From NCBI RefSeq assembly GCF_963921235.1, contig NC_086097.1, positions 6,882,001-6,946,000 of the forward strand: a stretch of 64,000 bases of DNA, written 5' to 3'. Source of the stretch: Mobula hypostoma (taxonomy: Eukaryota). Positions within the stretch are counted from its first letter, which is position 1; each line of letters begins with the position of its first letter. A program made the translations under genes and the position numbers. The notes under the pieces were generated by a model. The model saw nothing but the letters and a program-made list of their open reading frames with translations, was not told the DNA's origin and ran no database searches. This document shows positions 50,938-63,700 of this stretch, piece after piece.

Positions 50938-51778
50938 AAACAGGAGAAAATTTGCAGATGCTGGAAATCCAAGCAACACACACACAATGCTGGAGGAACT
51001 TAGCAGGCCAGGTAGCATCTATGGAAAAAAGTACAGTTGATGTTTCAGGCCAAGATCCTTTGGCAGGACTGGAAAAAAAAAGATGAGCAGTAGATTTAAA
51101 AGCTGGAGGGAGGGGAGAGAGAAACACCAGGTGATAGGTGAAACTGGGAGGGGGAGGGATGAAGTAAAGAGCTCGGAAGTTGATTGGTGAAAGAAACACA
51201 GGGCTGGAGAAGGGGAAATCTAATATGACAGGACATAAGTCCATGGAAGAAAGGAGAGGGGCATTCCCATTCCAATATGTTAATCCATGGCCTCCTCTAT
51301 TGTCATGATGAGGCCACACTCAGGTTGGAGGAGTGATACCTTATATTCCGTCTGGGTAGCCTCCAACCTGATGGCATGAACGTCGATTTTTCAAACTTCT
51401 GGTAATGGCTCCCCCACCTTCACTATTCCCCATCCCCTTTCCCTCTCTCACTCTATTTCCCTACCTGCCCATTTTCTCTCTCTGGTGCTCTTCCTCCCTC
51501 TTGTTTCTTCCATGGCCTTCTGTTCTCTCCTATTGGATTCCCCTTTCTTCAGCCCTGTATCTCTTTCACCAATCAACTTCCCAGCTCTTTACTTCATCCC
51601 TCCCCCTCCCGGTTTCACCTGTCACCTTGTGTTTCTCTCTCCCCTCCCCCACCTTTTAAATCTACTCCTCAGCTTTTCTCTCCAGTCATGTGAAGGGTTT
51701 CTGCCCGAAACCCCAGCTGTACATTTTTCCACAGATGCTGCCTGACCTGATGAGCTCCTCCAGCATTTTGTGTGTATT
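50938..51778. mobile_element. Palindromic PLE insertion, older
   Basis: - arm 50938-51260 and + arm about 51265-51778, the latter including the GIY-YIG end. TSD acactacctcac / atactatctcac (50926-50937 / 51779-51790). Confidence 0.85.
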
Positions 51779-52707
51779 ATACTATCTCACTATTTTTTGC
51801 TCTCTATTTGCACTACTTAGTTAATTAAATTGTAATTAACTTCATAAATTTTTATGTAATTTATAGTTTTTTATTATTTATTGCATTGTACTGCTGCCAC
51901 AAACATATTTCATGACATATGCCAATTCTGAAATTAATTAATTGATTACAAATTGCATGGAGTAGGACATGATTGTGCTCCTTACTGGTCATCAGGAAAT
52001 CTGACCCCTGACCCCTTTTCTACATGAGATTAGAATTACTCAGATACTGGTAAATAGTTAGGCTACAGGCTAAAATTGTCTGATTTTTACTTCACTGGCT
52101 TGAGTAATGTCAGGTTTTTTATTTATTCACAAAGCAGCCAGGTTTATTCACTTACTTCCCTTGAAGCTGCACTACTTAAAGAGCAAACGTACAAGCAGAA
52201 TTCTCTCTCCTCATCAACGTCTATCACCTCATGTGGTCTCAGGTCTAGCCCCCTCTGTGCACCTTGAGTGATTTGAGATCGTGGCCACTTTCACCAAGGG
52301 GAGCCTCAGGATCTTCTCAGGCTCTTCTTGTCTCTGCCACATCTTTAAATTTGCAGCTTGTTGCTGTACTAGGGGGAATCAGAATCAGGTTTAATATCAC
52401 CGGCATATGTTGTGAAATTTGTTGTCTTTGCAGCAGAAGTACAATGCAATTCACAATAATAGAGAAGAACTGAATTACATTAAGTATATATACATAATAT
52501 ACTATTACGTGTATCCTGAGCGTGAGCCTTCGGGCTTCTGCACCTCCTGCCTGGTGACAGCAAGGAGAACAAGGCACGACCTGTGCGATGAGGGTCCTTA
52601 ATGAGAGGTGTCACCATTTTGAGGCTTGCTCCTTGAAGGTGTTTTGGATGCTACAGAAGCTAGTGCCCATGATGGAGTTGACAAATTTTACAACTCTCTG
52701 CATCTTA

Positions 52708-53335
52708 CAGACATCCCACGCTGCAAAAACTCATTTCAGGGAGCTAGCACCATCAATTTGCGGGAGACTTCCGGGAGAGGTGTGACGTTTGCAATAGAGT
52801 AGCTCCTTAGCAGCTAGCCAGCTAGTTTAAATAACGTTAGCTACGCTGATGAACGAATGACACCTGTTAAACTCACCTCAACATGACTTTTACAGTCTTA
52901 ACCCACCATGGGCAATAGCAGCGAGCAACACTGTCATTATTTTGAGCCCTATTTGACAGGGGTACACTTTAGGGTAGTCTGGGATGACGAAAGTTTTATA
53001 TTTGCAAACACGAGGAAATCGGCAGATGCTGGAAATTCAAGCAACACACATCAAAGTTGTTGGTGAACGCAGCAGGTCAGGCAGCATCTCGAGGAAGAGG
53101 TACAGTCGACGTTTCAGGCCGGGACCCTTCGTCAGGACCCTCTCGCGCTCGCTCTCACTCGCGCTTGCTTTCTTGCTCTTGCGCTCGCTCTCTCACTCTT
53201 TCTCATGCGTTCTCTCACGCTCGCTCTCAAAAAAAAATTCAATTTCCGGGACATTGTATATAATTTGCGGGCATCAGGGAGCCACTATTAATATGCGGGA
53301 GACTCCCGGAAGTTCCGGGAGAGGTGGGATGTCTG
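52708..53335. mobile_element. Non-autonomous hAT-like DNA transposon with a ~6-bp TSD
   Basis: TIR cagacatccca / tgggatgtctg, subterminal gcgggagact(t/c)ccgg motifs, flanks atctta / agctta. Confidence 0.8.
53006..53138 (-). mobile_element. Young PLE pseudo-LTR fragment with an intact hammerhead core (53105-53138)
   Basis: The - strand reads gtc ctgacga agg gtcccgg cct gaa acgt c gac. Nearly identical to the 49321 family. Confidence 0.85.
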
Positions 53336-53759
53336 AGCTTATTTTGATCCTGTACAGTGCCTGTTGTGACAGACTAAACCTGTGCCACACAAAACTTGTA
53401 ACCAGTAACTTGTAAAAATCTTTAGTCACACAGCAAACCCTCAGAAGAGAATCTTGCTCTATGGATACAATATTCTATACACCTGCAACATGAAGATAAC
53501 AATAAAGCTTACAGTTCAATTCAAGTCCAGCAGCTTTCAGTGAACATAAAAAATACCATTAAAAAAGACAGTGACATATATGGTTGACCCCATAGTAGCC
53601 ACTGTGATCGAACGCTCCACCTTCTTTCATCAATTGCTGTAATCACCTATTTGCCTTTAACATTTTGAATATAGTCAGATAAATATACACACTTACATAT
53701 TTATAAACTAGCAGAATCCCTTTGAGTATTCAGATTCCTTAAGGTTGTTATAGTCAAGG

Positions 53760-54275
53760 GTAGTAATGGGAACAAGCTCCCACTACCTACTAAGTGCTCC
53801 TGATGGCGTATGCCTCAAAGAGCCTCTGACATCCAAGTCCGGCTCCTGGCCTTCACTTGCGGCAGAACCTTTTCCACTGACAAGAGAAGGGGCAAAGGTG
53901 GGTTACTGTTGCCTTAAAACCAATTGCTTTGGGCAGATGGGTCTCATCAGCTGTGGTAGGCGGCTCATCTCTGATCTTAAACCTCTGCTGCCTTGCACTC
54001 ATGGAGAAGGCTTCGGGAGTGGACCCCGAGAGAAAAGTCCTGAGCTGGAGTCCCTAATGCAGACCTGTGTTGAGTTCATTGCTGACTAGCAACTCCTGCC
54101 ATGCCGCTGGGACCAAACTGTACTGGTCTCTGCCGTTCCTTTGGGTTCATCAGGTGTGTGGAGAGGGAGAAAGCTTGTTACATGGGCAACAGCTTGCTAT
54201 CCATGTCGTACTGTCCAGGCTTGTGTATCTGGACATCTAGGGCACAATATCCACGGTCAGCTCTGACCGACAGAG
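53760..54275 (+). mobile_element. Probable RTE-related non-autonomous repeat
   Basis: Its 3' part matches 11090-11260 in reverse complement. The family assignment is tentative. Confidence 0.45.
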
Positions 54276-54454
54276 GCCACAGACCTCAGATTCAAGTTTA
54301 TTGTCATCCACCCATATATGAAACAACATTTCTCCAGTGCAATACAGTACATATAACTCACACAGAACTCATAAGGTAATAGTAATACAAGTAAATTAAT
54401 AAATAATAAGGTGCATTTACAACACAAGTTCAAAAATAAACTGTATAATGAATA

Positions 54455-54850
54455 TTGATTTCTCCTTCTGGTAAAAGATAATCCCTCCCCCTCCCATCCT
54501 CTTCTATTCCCCACTCTGGTCTTTTACCCTTTTTCACTTCTTTCTGGATCCCCTCCTACTTCCCTTTCTCCTATAGTCCACTCCCCTCGCTATCAGATTC
54601 CTTCCTCACCAGCCCTTTACCTTTCCCACCCACCTGGCTTCACCTATCACCTTCCAGCGATCCTTCTTCCTCTCCCGCCACCACTTTATTCCAGTGTCTT
54701 CCCCCTTCCTTTCCTGTCCTGAAGAAGGGTCTTGGTCTGAAACGTCAATTGTTTATTCATTTCCACAGATGCTGCCTGACTTTCTGAGTTCCTCCAGCAT
54801 TTTGTCTGTGTTGCATTGGATTTCCAGCGTCTGTATGACGTTTCCAGTAT
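54455..54850 (+). mobile_element. PLE pseudo-LTR
   Basis: Pyrimidine-rich body, hammerhead variant gtcctgaagaagggtcttggtctgaaacgtca at about 54716-54748, typical tail. Confidence 0.85.
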
Positions 54851-55109
54851 ACTGTACTGCCGTTTCATGCATGGTGAGACCTGGGTGGGGGCAAAGCGTT
54901 CAGTAGTCTTATGGCTTGGGGAAGAAGCTATTTCTGATCCTCTCAGTCCTTGTCCTAATGCTACGGCACCTCCTGTGTGATGGTTGGGGGTCAAAGAGAT
55001 TGTTGGACTCAGTACTGGTGTCTGTTCCAAAAATATCTGTGTGCAAACTCCAGACAGCCAAAATATTCCCATTCTGTTACAGTGTTGAAGGACGGCTCCA
55101 CCAATATGC

Positions 55110-57100
55110 AACAAACCAGAAGGTTAAAGGAAACACAGATGGTAGTTTGTCTCATAGGTGCCAGGGTCCAAGGTGTTTCTGAACGTGTTCACAATATCCT
55201 GAAAAGGGAGGGTGAGCAGCCAGAAGTCGTGGTACATATTGGTACCAACAACATAGGTAGAAAAAGGGAGGAAGTCCTGAAAAAAATACAGGGAGTAAGG
55301 AAGGAAGCTGAGAAGCAGGACCTCAATAGTAGTAATCTCGGGATTGTTGCATGTGCCACGCGACAGAGAGTTTAGGAGTAGAATCAGGTGGCAAATAAAT
55401 GTATGGCTGAAGAATTGGAGCAAAGGGCAGGGATACAGTTTTCTGGATCATTGGGACCTCTTCTGGGGCAGGTGTGACCTGTACAAAAGGGATGGGTTGC
55501 ACTTGAATCTGAGGGCGTCCAATATTCTTGCAGGCAGGTTTACCAGAGCTATTGGGAATGGTTTAAACGAATATGCCAGAGGAATGGGATCCAATATGTT
55601 AGAGTTGAGGATGAGCTAGCAGATGATGGGTGTAACATGAAGACATTTTATAAGGTGCCATATATGAGGCTGCTTAACAAGATAAAATCCAAGAAAGATA
55701 CAGCATGAATATAGGAATGGCTGACAGGCAGGAGGCAGTGAGTGGGAATAAAAGGGTCCTTTACTGGCTGGCTGCCAGTGACTAGTGGTGTTCCTCAGGG
55801 GTCAGTATTAGGACAGCTTCTTTTCACATTGTTTGCCAATGATTTAGAAAATGGAATTTTTGGCTCTGTGGTAAAAAGAAACAGGTGGGGGGGGGGGGTA
55901 GGTAGTGCTGAGGAAGCAATGTGATTGCAGCAGGACAGACAAATTGGAAGAATGGGCAAAAAAATGGCAGATGAAATATAGAGTTGGGAAATGTACAATA
56001 ATGCATTTTGGTAAAAGGAACAATAGTGCGGACTATTAACTAAATGGGGAAAAGGTTCAAACATCAGAGGTGCAGAAGGACTTAGGAGTCCTTGTGCAAG
56101 ACTCCCAAAAGGTTAATTTATAGGTTGAGTTTGTAGTAAAGAAGGCAAATACAAAGTTGGCATTTATTTCAAGGGGAATAGAATATAAAAACAAGGAGAT
56201 AATGCTGAGACTTTATAAAAAAAACTAGTCAGGCCACACTTGGAGTATTGTCAACAGTTTTCGGCCCCATAGCTCAGGAAGGGTGTGTTGTCATTTGAAA
56301 GAGACCAGAGGTGGTTCACGAGGAAGATTCAAGGAATTAAGGGGTTAACATAGGAGGAGCATTTGGCAGCCTTGGGCCAGTACTCACTGGAATTTAGAAG
56401 AAAGTGTGGGGATCTTCCATTGAGAGTGGGGAAAATTAGAACAAGAGGACATGAGTTGAGAGTTAAAGGACAAAAGTTTAGGGGTAACATGAGGGGGAAC
56501 TTCTTTACTCAGAGAATGGTAGCTGTGTGGAACGAGTTTCCAGCAGAAGTGGTTGAGGCAGGTTCGATGTTGTCATTTAAAGTTAAATTGGATAGATATA
56601 TGGACAGGAAGGGAATGGAGGGTTATGGACCGAGTGCAGGTTGGTGGGACTAGGAGAGAGTAAGAGTTCGGCACAGACTAGAAGGGCCAAGATGGCCTGT
56701 TTCTGTGCTGTAATGGTTATATAGTTATCTCATTGAAACCTACCAAATGTTGGAAGGACTAGATAAGGTGGTTGTGGAGAGGATGTTTCCTGTGGTGGGG
56801 GTATCCAGAACTATCAGGCACAGGCTCAAAATTGTGGGGTGACCTTTTAGAGCAGAGGCAAGGAGGAATTTTTTTTAGCCAGAGATTAGTGAATCTGTGG
56901 AATACTCTGCCACAGACTGCAGTGGAGGCCAAGTCCACGGGTATATTTAAAGAGGAAGTTGATAGTTTCCTGATTGGTCAGGGCATTAAAGGATATGGTA
57001 CGAAGGGAGGTGTATGGAATTGAGTAGGATCTGGGATCGGCAGAGCAGACACATTGGGCTGAATGGTCTAATTCTGCTCCTTTGTCTTATGGTCTTATGG
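55110..57100 (+). mobile_element. Internally deleted CR1 (ORF1 esterase joined to RT) with a nested CR1 3' end at about 56415-56726
   Basis: ORF1 motifs VVVHIGTNNI and DGLHLN (55140-55570) are followed almost directly by RT (GVPQGSVLG). A second CR1 tail interrupts GD|LIETY. Confidence 0.88.
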
Positions 57101-57267
57101 ACAGGATGTGATTGATAAATCCAGATTTCCTTTAGTTTCAGTCTGGTAGCTGCTACATCGTGAGTTGAGTTTACTGCCAGCTATCAGTGTTTAGTCATTG
57201 TAGAAGTTTGATGTTAGTGTGAAGCTCATATCAGTTTGAACTGATGCTGATATGAACGTTGAGTGTG

Positions 57268-57660
57268 TACACTCAAGTTCGGTGGCCTGGTGGAGGTATG
57301 TTTCTACCAAAGGAGGTGTAAGACGCTCCATCCCTCTGCTAGCCTGCAGGTCACCCTAGGGTAAGGTGTAGGACCTGCTTCACGCCCGCGATCAGGATCA
57401 CATGAAGCCATGGGAGCAGGTGGTGGATGGTCGTATGAGCAGCTGGTGCAGATCACAAGTCCTGGTTATGTTACCACTGACGCCAGGCAGACAAACTCTG
57501 AAGAGTATTGGTAATGGCTGGGCTCTCCCGTCTTATAAGGACACTGCCCAGAGAAGGCAATGGTAAATCTCTTCTGGAAAAAGATTTGCCAAGAGCAAGC
57601 TTGGTCAGAGAAAGACCATAATCATGTCATATGACATGGCACATAACGAACAAACAAATG
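57268..57660 (+). mobile_element. RTE/BovB-dependent SINE-like element
   Basis: gagaaggcaatggtaaatc...ttgccaagag resembles the Bov-A/Sauria-SINE RTE module. Tail ggcacataacgaacaaac. Confidence 0.55.
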
Positions 57661-58309
57661 CACAAGTTGACCCTAAGGTTAATCGTTCAGAATCTTTTCT
57701 ATTCATGGAGCTTCACTCAGCTTCATACCAGCGTCAGTCCAGCCCATAATTTTCAATGTAAATCAGGTGACTACTGAGTTTATCGTTTCCAGGGGAGACT
57801 CACAGGCAGCGCGTGGATGGAAAAATTGAAGGTACTGCAATAATCGTCTTCTGATAAGCCAGCTCACTCTGAGGTAACAATAAGTGAGTAGGAATGGAAG
57901 CTCAAAGACATTGCCATTAATCAGAGGCCTGAGTGCACCTTTTATGACAGTTATTGAAGAGTATGGAAAGGATTTTATTACAGAAAGATCATTAAGGTCT
58001 AATTCACTTCATTATTTCTAATGATTCAAACAAACACCAGCAGTTAGTTCTCCTGTCACATTACCCTGATTTGTTTCTTTCTACAAAATGTAGCCAATAA
58101 GTCTCAGGAAGGAGGAAAATAAGTTTCCAAGACAATGTTTAAAGTCTGATTGAGTCAGAGTTTTTGATTTGTACAGCACAGAAACAGGAGCTATGGCCCA
58201 CCAAAATATGTTGATCTTTCTGCCCATCTAACCACATTCACTCACATTGGGTCCACATCCTTCTAGGCCTTGCAGATCCGAACATCTTTCTAAATATCTC
58301 CTAAAAATA

Positions 58310-58795
58310 GGAGAGAGGAGAAGATGGCGGCGCAACGCAGCACGCACGGCCGCTCAGGTGAATGATATCGGTATTTGTAAGTAGGGGCCGTGCTCAATTC
58401 TGATTTGATGGAGACAGACGTGAGAAGCAGAGGAATATCTGGAGTAACTTCTGAAATGCCCAGTTCGCTGCTGCTGCTACTGTGCAATCGAGAATCTCCA
58501 GAGGGGAAGGCCCCAAATCCCCAGCTTTGCCTGTTGCTGGTAGCCGGGGCTGGGGTCGAAGCGCTCGGCAGAGATGGTGCTTGGTGGTCGGTGCTCGGTG
58601 TCGAAGGGCTGGCTGGAGGCTCGAAGTTTTCAGATGGACTCAGAATCATACTGTGGTCGGGTGCTTCCAGGATGCTGCATTGGAACCTCATAGCAGGGAG
58701 AGATTTCTTCCTTTTACCGTCTGCATGAGATGATGGGACTTTCGAGAGACTTTGAGACTTTTTTTTAACCGTGCCCATGGTCTGTTCTCTATCAA
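58310..58795 (+). mobile_element. Second copy of the 26384-27056 element, 3' part missing
   Basis: ggagagaggagaagatggcggcg...gtgcccatggtctgttct aligns with the reverse complement of 26570-27056. Confidence 0.85.
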
Positions 58796-59314
58796 GTATA
58801 AAAAATATTTTGTCCTCAAATCCACTTTTAAGACTCTTTCCTCTCACCTTAAGCCTATGCTCTATTTATTTATTTATTTTTATTTAAAAATATAATGTGG
58901 AACAGGTTCTTCCAGCCCAATGAGCCTCACCACCCAGCAACCCAATGTACGTCTTTGGAATGTGATAGGAAACCAGAGGAAGTCATACTGGAAGAACACA
59001 AAAATTGTTCAACTCCAAACCCCGAGTTGTAGTGGTGTCACACAACTGCTACAACTGCCGTGATGCCCTTAACACCATGTCTTGGCCCACAGCAATAGAA
59101 CTGAACTAAATTAAACTCTGGAGGCAGGAAATTAGACTCCATGTCTCCATTACACTACTAGGGCTCATCAACAAATATCTTGATTGCTATGGATAATTTG
59201 GATGTAAGGTGGTGCGAGAGAACTCCAGTGATTTACGTATTTGGAGGAGATAATCACCATGCTTATTTGAATCATCAAATGATGCACTGTGACATCATAA
59301 AACATAGAAGAGGT

Positions 59315-59451
59315 CAAAGTTCCCTCAAATATATTTCTCTGAGCCAGAAATTTTTACACTGCCTGAAAACTGTGTGGCAACAACAGCTTGTATGTGGGAG
59401 CATTTCTGTTACTGCGTAACCGCGGACCCACACAGCTTAGAGGGAACATAG
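59315..59451. mobile_element. hAT-like MITE, 137 bp
   Basis: TIR caaagttccctcaaa / ttagagggaacatag. The 8-bp flanks gaagaggt / gaaaagat match at 6 of 8. Confidence 0.6.
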
Positions 59452-60051
59452 GAAAAGATGCTCAGTTACATCAAATAATTAGGAAGACAAATGGCATATT
59501 GACCAACATATAAAGATAGGACAGAACATTAGAGTAAAGAGCCTAGAAATTGCTGAAATGCATTTTTAATGTTGTTAAAAAAACAAACACCTTAAGTTTT
59601 TTTTTGGAATTTGGATAATGATTGAGGTATGTAATCATGAGGTTCACAATACAGATTCATTAGGTTTCCTTGCATAATGTCATACTGTGATCCACTGTAA
59701 TTCATAGCAGCTATTAAAAAGACGTATCATAAGAAACTCCTTTCAAATTGTTACGTAATCAATGGATACTGTGAGGACAGGAGAGGAGAGATGAGGGTGC
59801 ACCAGAGTGCTAGAGAGACCACGTGAGGGCAGGCCTCACAAAAGGTTTCTTCTTTGTGCAAGAAGGGCAGGCCCCTCTCTGATTATCAACACTACGGAAA
59901 AACTTGCAGTATAGGAAAATATCGACTTCTGGCCTGCTTGCTCCTGAGTTAAAGATGAAGCAGATGAATTTCCCTCTCCTGATGTATCTGCAATAACAGA
60001 TTGTTAAAGGCACATTCCTGCCCTCAGGAGAAAAATATGTTATCCCTTAAC

Positions 60052-61093
60052 TATAAGACCATAAGACCATAAGACATCGCAGCAGAATTAGGCCATTCAG
60101 CCCATCGAGTGTGCTCCACCATTCCATCATGGCCGATCCCGGATCCCACTTAACCCCATACTCTGTTCTAAAAGGCCTTCCTTCAATTTTGAGGCTGTGC
60201 CCCCTAGTTCTGACTATCCCCACCATAGGAAATATCCTCTCCACATCCACCTTATCTAGTCCTTTCAACAATTGGCAGATTTCAATTAGATCTCCACATA
60301 TTCTTCTAAATTCCAGTGAGTACAGGCCCAAAGCTGCAAAGCACTCCTCATATGTTAACCCCTTCATTCCCAGAATCATACTCATGAACCTCCTCTGGAC
60401 TCTCTCCAATGACAACACATTCTTTCTGAGATATGGATTCTAAAACTGTTAACAATACTCCAAGTGCAGCCTGACTAGTACATCATAAAGCCTCAGCATT
60501 ATCTCTTTGCTTTTATATTCTATTCCTCTTGAAATAAATGCCAACATTGCATTTGCCTTCTTTACTACAAATTCTACATGTAAATTAACCTTGTAGGAGT
60601 CTGCACTTCTAATGTTTGTATGTTCTCCACATTTAGATAATAGTCCACACTATTGTTATTTTTACCAAAATGCATTATCATACATTTCCCAGCACTGTAT
60701 TCCATCTGCCATTTCTTTTCCCATTCTTCCAATTTGTCTAAGTCCTGCTGCAATCGCATTGCTTCCTCAACACTACCTACCCCTCCACCTATCTTAGTTT
60801 CATCCACAAACTTGGCCACAAAGCCATCAATTCCATTATTTAAATCATTGACAAACAATGTGAGAAGCAGCAGTACCAATGCTGACCCCTGAGGAACACC
60901 TCCAGTCACTGGCAGCCAAACAGAAAAGGCCCTGTTTATTCCCTCTCACTGCATTCTACCTCTGTCCATGCCATTATCATTCCTGTAATGCCATTGGATT
61001 TTATCTCACTGAGCAGCCTCATGTGTGGCACCTTATTAAGTGCTTTCTGAAAATCCATGTAAATGACATCTACTGCCTCTCCTTTGTCCTTTC
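60052..61093 (-). mobile_element. CR1 LINE, 5'-truncated
   Basis: ORFs 60047..60418, 60574..60909 and 60936..61160. (cttatggt)n tail. Confidence 0.92.
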
Positions 61094-61769
61094 TGATGTG
61101 GATATCTAAGGCCTTTAATATTGTCAATAAGGAACATCTTCTGATATTGATTTCTCTCAAGTTTAATGTAATGCAGGGAAAATATAATCGTCATTTCAAC
61201 ACACACAAAATTCAGGCGGAACTCAGCAAATCAGGCAGCACTGATGGAAATGAACAAACAGCTGACATTTCAGGCTGAGATCTTCTTCAGGACGGAAGTA
61301 TACTTATTGTCAAAAGTAATTTGCCTTGTTTATTGTTCAGAAGAATTACATTAAAATGGAACCCATTCGGTTTATATTGCCTTCACTTAACCAAAGTGAC
61401 CAGATATTGTAACAATCTACTTACATACAAGGGATGTATGTAGAAAGTAAGACCGATTGTGTACTGAAACATTTCAAACCATGTTTAGATAACGTAACAT
61501 TACCTTTACCAGCCAATGACCCTTAGTTTAGTTCAGCTTGGCTGAGTTATGAGCAATCTGCAGCATATCAATAAACAATTCAAAACAATAATTGATCTTA
61601 ATTCATCTGTAAGGCAAAGGGTGAGAACTGAAGAAATATGAACCTTTTATTCTAATTTATATTTGAACTATTATTCTTTATTTTTATTTGGTACCTCATG
61701 GTATGTTGACATAACTGGCAACGCATCACCCCCCTTTGATTGCTCTGTGCTGAGGAAGCAGTTGATTTT

Positions 61770-62222
61770 CTACAGAGTTAGGCCATTCAGCCCATCAAGT
61801 CTACTCCACTTTTCTATCATGGCTGATATATTATCCCTCACAAACCCATTCTTCTGCCTCCTCCCTATAACTTGTAATACCATTACTAATCAAGAACCTA
61901 TTAACCTCCACATTAAATATATTGAATGAATTGACTCCACTGCCATCTGTGGCAATGAATTCCACAAATTCACCACCACCTAGCTGAAGGTATTCTTCCC
62001 TATCTCTGTTCTAAATAGATACTCCTTTATTCTGAGGCTGTGTCCTCTGGCCCCAGAATACTCCACTATATAAAACATACTCCCCGCATCCAATCTATCA
62101 AGACGTTTCAATATTCAAGAGGTTTCAGTGAAATCCCCCTTCATTCTTCTAAGGTCCCAGAGACATCGAACACTCCTCATAGGTTAACCCTTCCATTCTT
62201 GGAATAATTCTTATGGACCTCC
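61770..62222 (-). mobile_element. CR1 3' fragment, followed by (TG)n at 62224-62242
   Basis: Similar to the CR1 3' ends at 22230-22720 and 60052-60400. Confidence 0.8.
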
Positions 62223-63367
62223 TTGTGTGTGTGTGTGTGTGTAATTAGATTAATATTGCATGTTGACAGATGATTACAAAGTCCTTCCTTAAACTGCCCT
62301 ATGAATCTCATCAAATAATTTGCTATATGTTTAAGGGGAGTTTTTCCCATTTTGATGTCCTCATCATCTTTCAGGTGTAAACTAGGGTGCTAGCTGTCCC
62401 TAAAGGTGGGCAGCTATAAACACAACAAGGAAGAGACAGGTGTTTGGAAGGTGGAGTGGAGGGCAATATCCTAGCATTTTCTGGGAGAACATCTCTGGGA
62501 AAACACTAGTTAAAGGCACACAATATCTTGGAATGTCATGACTTCTGGAAAATAATTATTTTATTTGTTGACATACAGTGCAGGAGAGGCCTTTCCATAC
62601 CAACAAGCCGCACTGCCCAACAATCCTCCTATTTAACCCCAGCCTAATCAGAGGACAATTTACAATGACCAATGAACCTACTAACCAGTACGACTTTGGA
62701 CTGTGGGAGGAAACTGGGGCAACCAGCGAAAACCCACATGCTCACGGGAAGTGTGTATAAACTGCTTACGGGCGGCAGCAGAACTGAACTCCAATCTCCA
62801 ATGCCCGAGGATCAGAAATAACTAACCTTGGAGATTAATTTTTTTTTCCCAAACTGGGAAGACATGGAAATTATTCACTCTAGTTTTGATTCACACATTG
62901 CTTTGTATTTAATCCCCACTCCTAACTGCCCTTGAGGAGAAAGTGGCAAACTACTTTTTTTTTATATAGCCACTGCAATTTTCTCGTGAAGGTACTCCCA
63001 CAGCGATGCTGAGTAGAGAATTGCAGGATTTAGACCCACCGACAGCAGAGGACATCAGGTTGGTGTGTGATTGCTGCGCTTGATAAATCTCCGAAATCTC
63101 AGTGTGGAGGGGGACGTTTAGTGCCCCCATGCTTGTGCTTTGGTTTTTAATTGAACATCAAATCATCTAAGTGTCACCGTTGGCTGAATAACCATGAATC
63201 TGAAGGTAATGGCTGAAGCCATTCTCCTTGAATAATCCAGGCAGCTATTTCAGTTAAGGGCTCAATTGACCAATAAGACCATGACTGACCTAGTGTTTGT
63301 CTTCAACATTATTTAGCCAGCTTTTTATTCCCCAATGTCAACCTTGAAAATACTTAATCAGAGCATG

Positions 63368-63700
63368 GCCATAGAAAAGTACAGCAAAGAAATAGACCCT
63401 TTGGCCCATCTAGTCCATGTCAAAGCATTTAAATTACCTACTTCCATCGACCTACACCGGCACCATAGCTCTTCACACAGTTGCCATCTATTTACCCATC
63501 GAAACTTTTCTTAAGTGCTGAAATCGAGCTCGCATGCACCACTTGCACTGGCAACTCATTCCACACTCTCACCACCCTCTGAGTGAAGAAGTTTTCCCTC
63601 CTTCCCCTTAAATGTTTCACCTTTCACCCTTAATCCATGACCTCTGGTTGTATTCCAACCAACCTCAGTGGAAAAAGCCTGCTTGCATTTACTCTCTCTA
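63368..63700 (-). mobile_element. CR1 3' fragment
   Basis: catagaaaagtacagc...ctcagtggaaaaagcctgcttgcatttactct matches 890-1220. Confidence 0.85.

Noticed and set aside
57804..57868. Possible 65-nt - strand exon (ttacctcag|...|gtgagt)
   Set aside because: The translations are unrecognisable and no neighbouring exons support it. Such motifs arise by chance.
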